DNA from: Geosiphon pyriformis uo1
Taxonomy: Eukaryota; Fungi; Glomeromycota
Length of the DNA stretch: 64,000 nucleotides
NCBI GenBank assembly: GCA_016748015.1
Contig: JAAOMT010000647.1
Span: 252,880 to 316,879 of the forward strand
Direction of reading: 5' to 3'
Part shown: in pieces, positions 63,501 to 64,000 of the stretch
Numbering within the stretch: position 1 is the first letter of the stretch
Layout of the letters: every line of letters starts with the position of its first letter
Position numbers and translations under genes: made by a program
The notes under the pieces: model-generated
Told to the model about the DNA's origin: nothing
The model's database searches: none
What the model saw: the letters and a program-made list of their open reading frames with translations, nothing else

Positions 63501-64000
63501 ACAGATATGTACATTCGACCCTGTACGAGTATTTCCTTCTGTAATGCACAACTATAATCTTGAAATAGTCAGAGGTATTATTATAAAAGAATTAGGGTAT
63601 AATATAATAGTAACAATATAAAAAAAGAATAAGATAAAAAAATAAGTATTACCATCGATTAAATAATCCTCTTCAGGCACACTACGAAATAATGCATGAA
63701 ATTCCTTGTTCCTTTGAGGTCTAGCAGGTGAATGTCCAGGGATAGGAGGAGGTTGATGGAAGTCGGACAATTCTGAAGCATCTTCATTATTACCAGTACT
63801 ATTATTGCTTCTTTTCTTTTTGCGCATTTTTAATGTTGATTTACGAGGTAAACTGAATGTACGTTGATTTTGTGAATCTTGACTAGGAGATCTTGTCCTA
63901 TTACCATTTCTGTCATCATTATTAGAAAGATTATCAGACGTAATTTGCCCTTCACCACCACCACCACCACCACCTTTATTTCCACCCTCCTGAATTTCTT
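60548..64000 (-). CDS. GRAM plus VASt/StARkin ER-anchored sterol transfer protein (Lam/Ysp2/Aster family), 5' part beyond window
   Basis: GRAM motifs RNKEFHALF..CALQKEILVQGRMYIS..CFNANIFGW. VASt motifs TPDVPSGSSFSVKTR and SWLKGTIEK. C-terminal TM segment FLLFVLIFMGFAN plus a coiled coil. Confidence 0.92.

Overview
AT-rich, intron-containing fungal DNA, probably an early-diverging lineage such as Glomeromycotina (inferred from gene structure and repeat types, not verified). Bases 1 to ~45,750 are a transposon block. It holds three co-oriented, head-to-tail, minus-strand LINEs encoding RNase H, which become better preserved towards the genes. A ~9.9 kb Ty3/Gypsy element (Gypsy-1, +) is inserted in the middle LINE and itself carries a second full-length ~9.9 kb element (Gypsy-2, -) and two solo LTRs. 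A third solo LTR sits in the first LINE. All repeats are eroded by C>T/G>A transitions. The two Gypsy families share an unusual layout: extended gag, protease, Cys-rich domain, dUTPase, RT-RNase H, conserved stop, separately initiated integrase, then a conserved unknown ORF3. They also share a U5 segment that pairs with the PBS and 4-bp target duplications that reconstruct to N-CG-N. Bases 46,587-64,000 are a compact gene block: OLA1 (structured first intron), PI31, a single-polypeptide fusion of 3-isopropylmalate dehydrogenase to a prokaryote-type LeuC+LeuD-like Fe-S isomerase, CPSF100, a small KEN/D-box/ABBA-motif protein behind an MCB box, and a partial GRAM-VASt sterol transporter.
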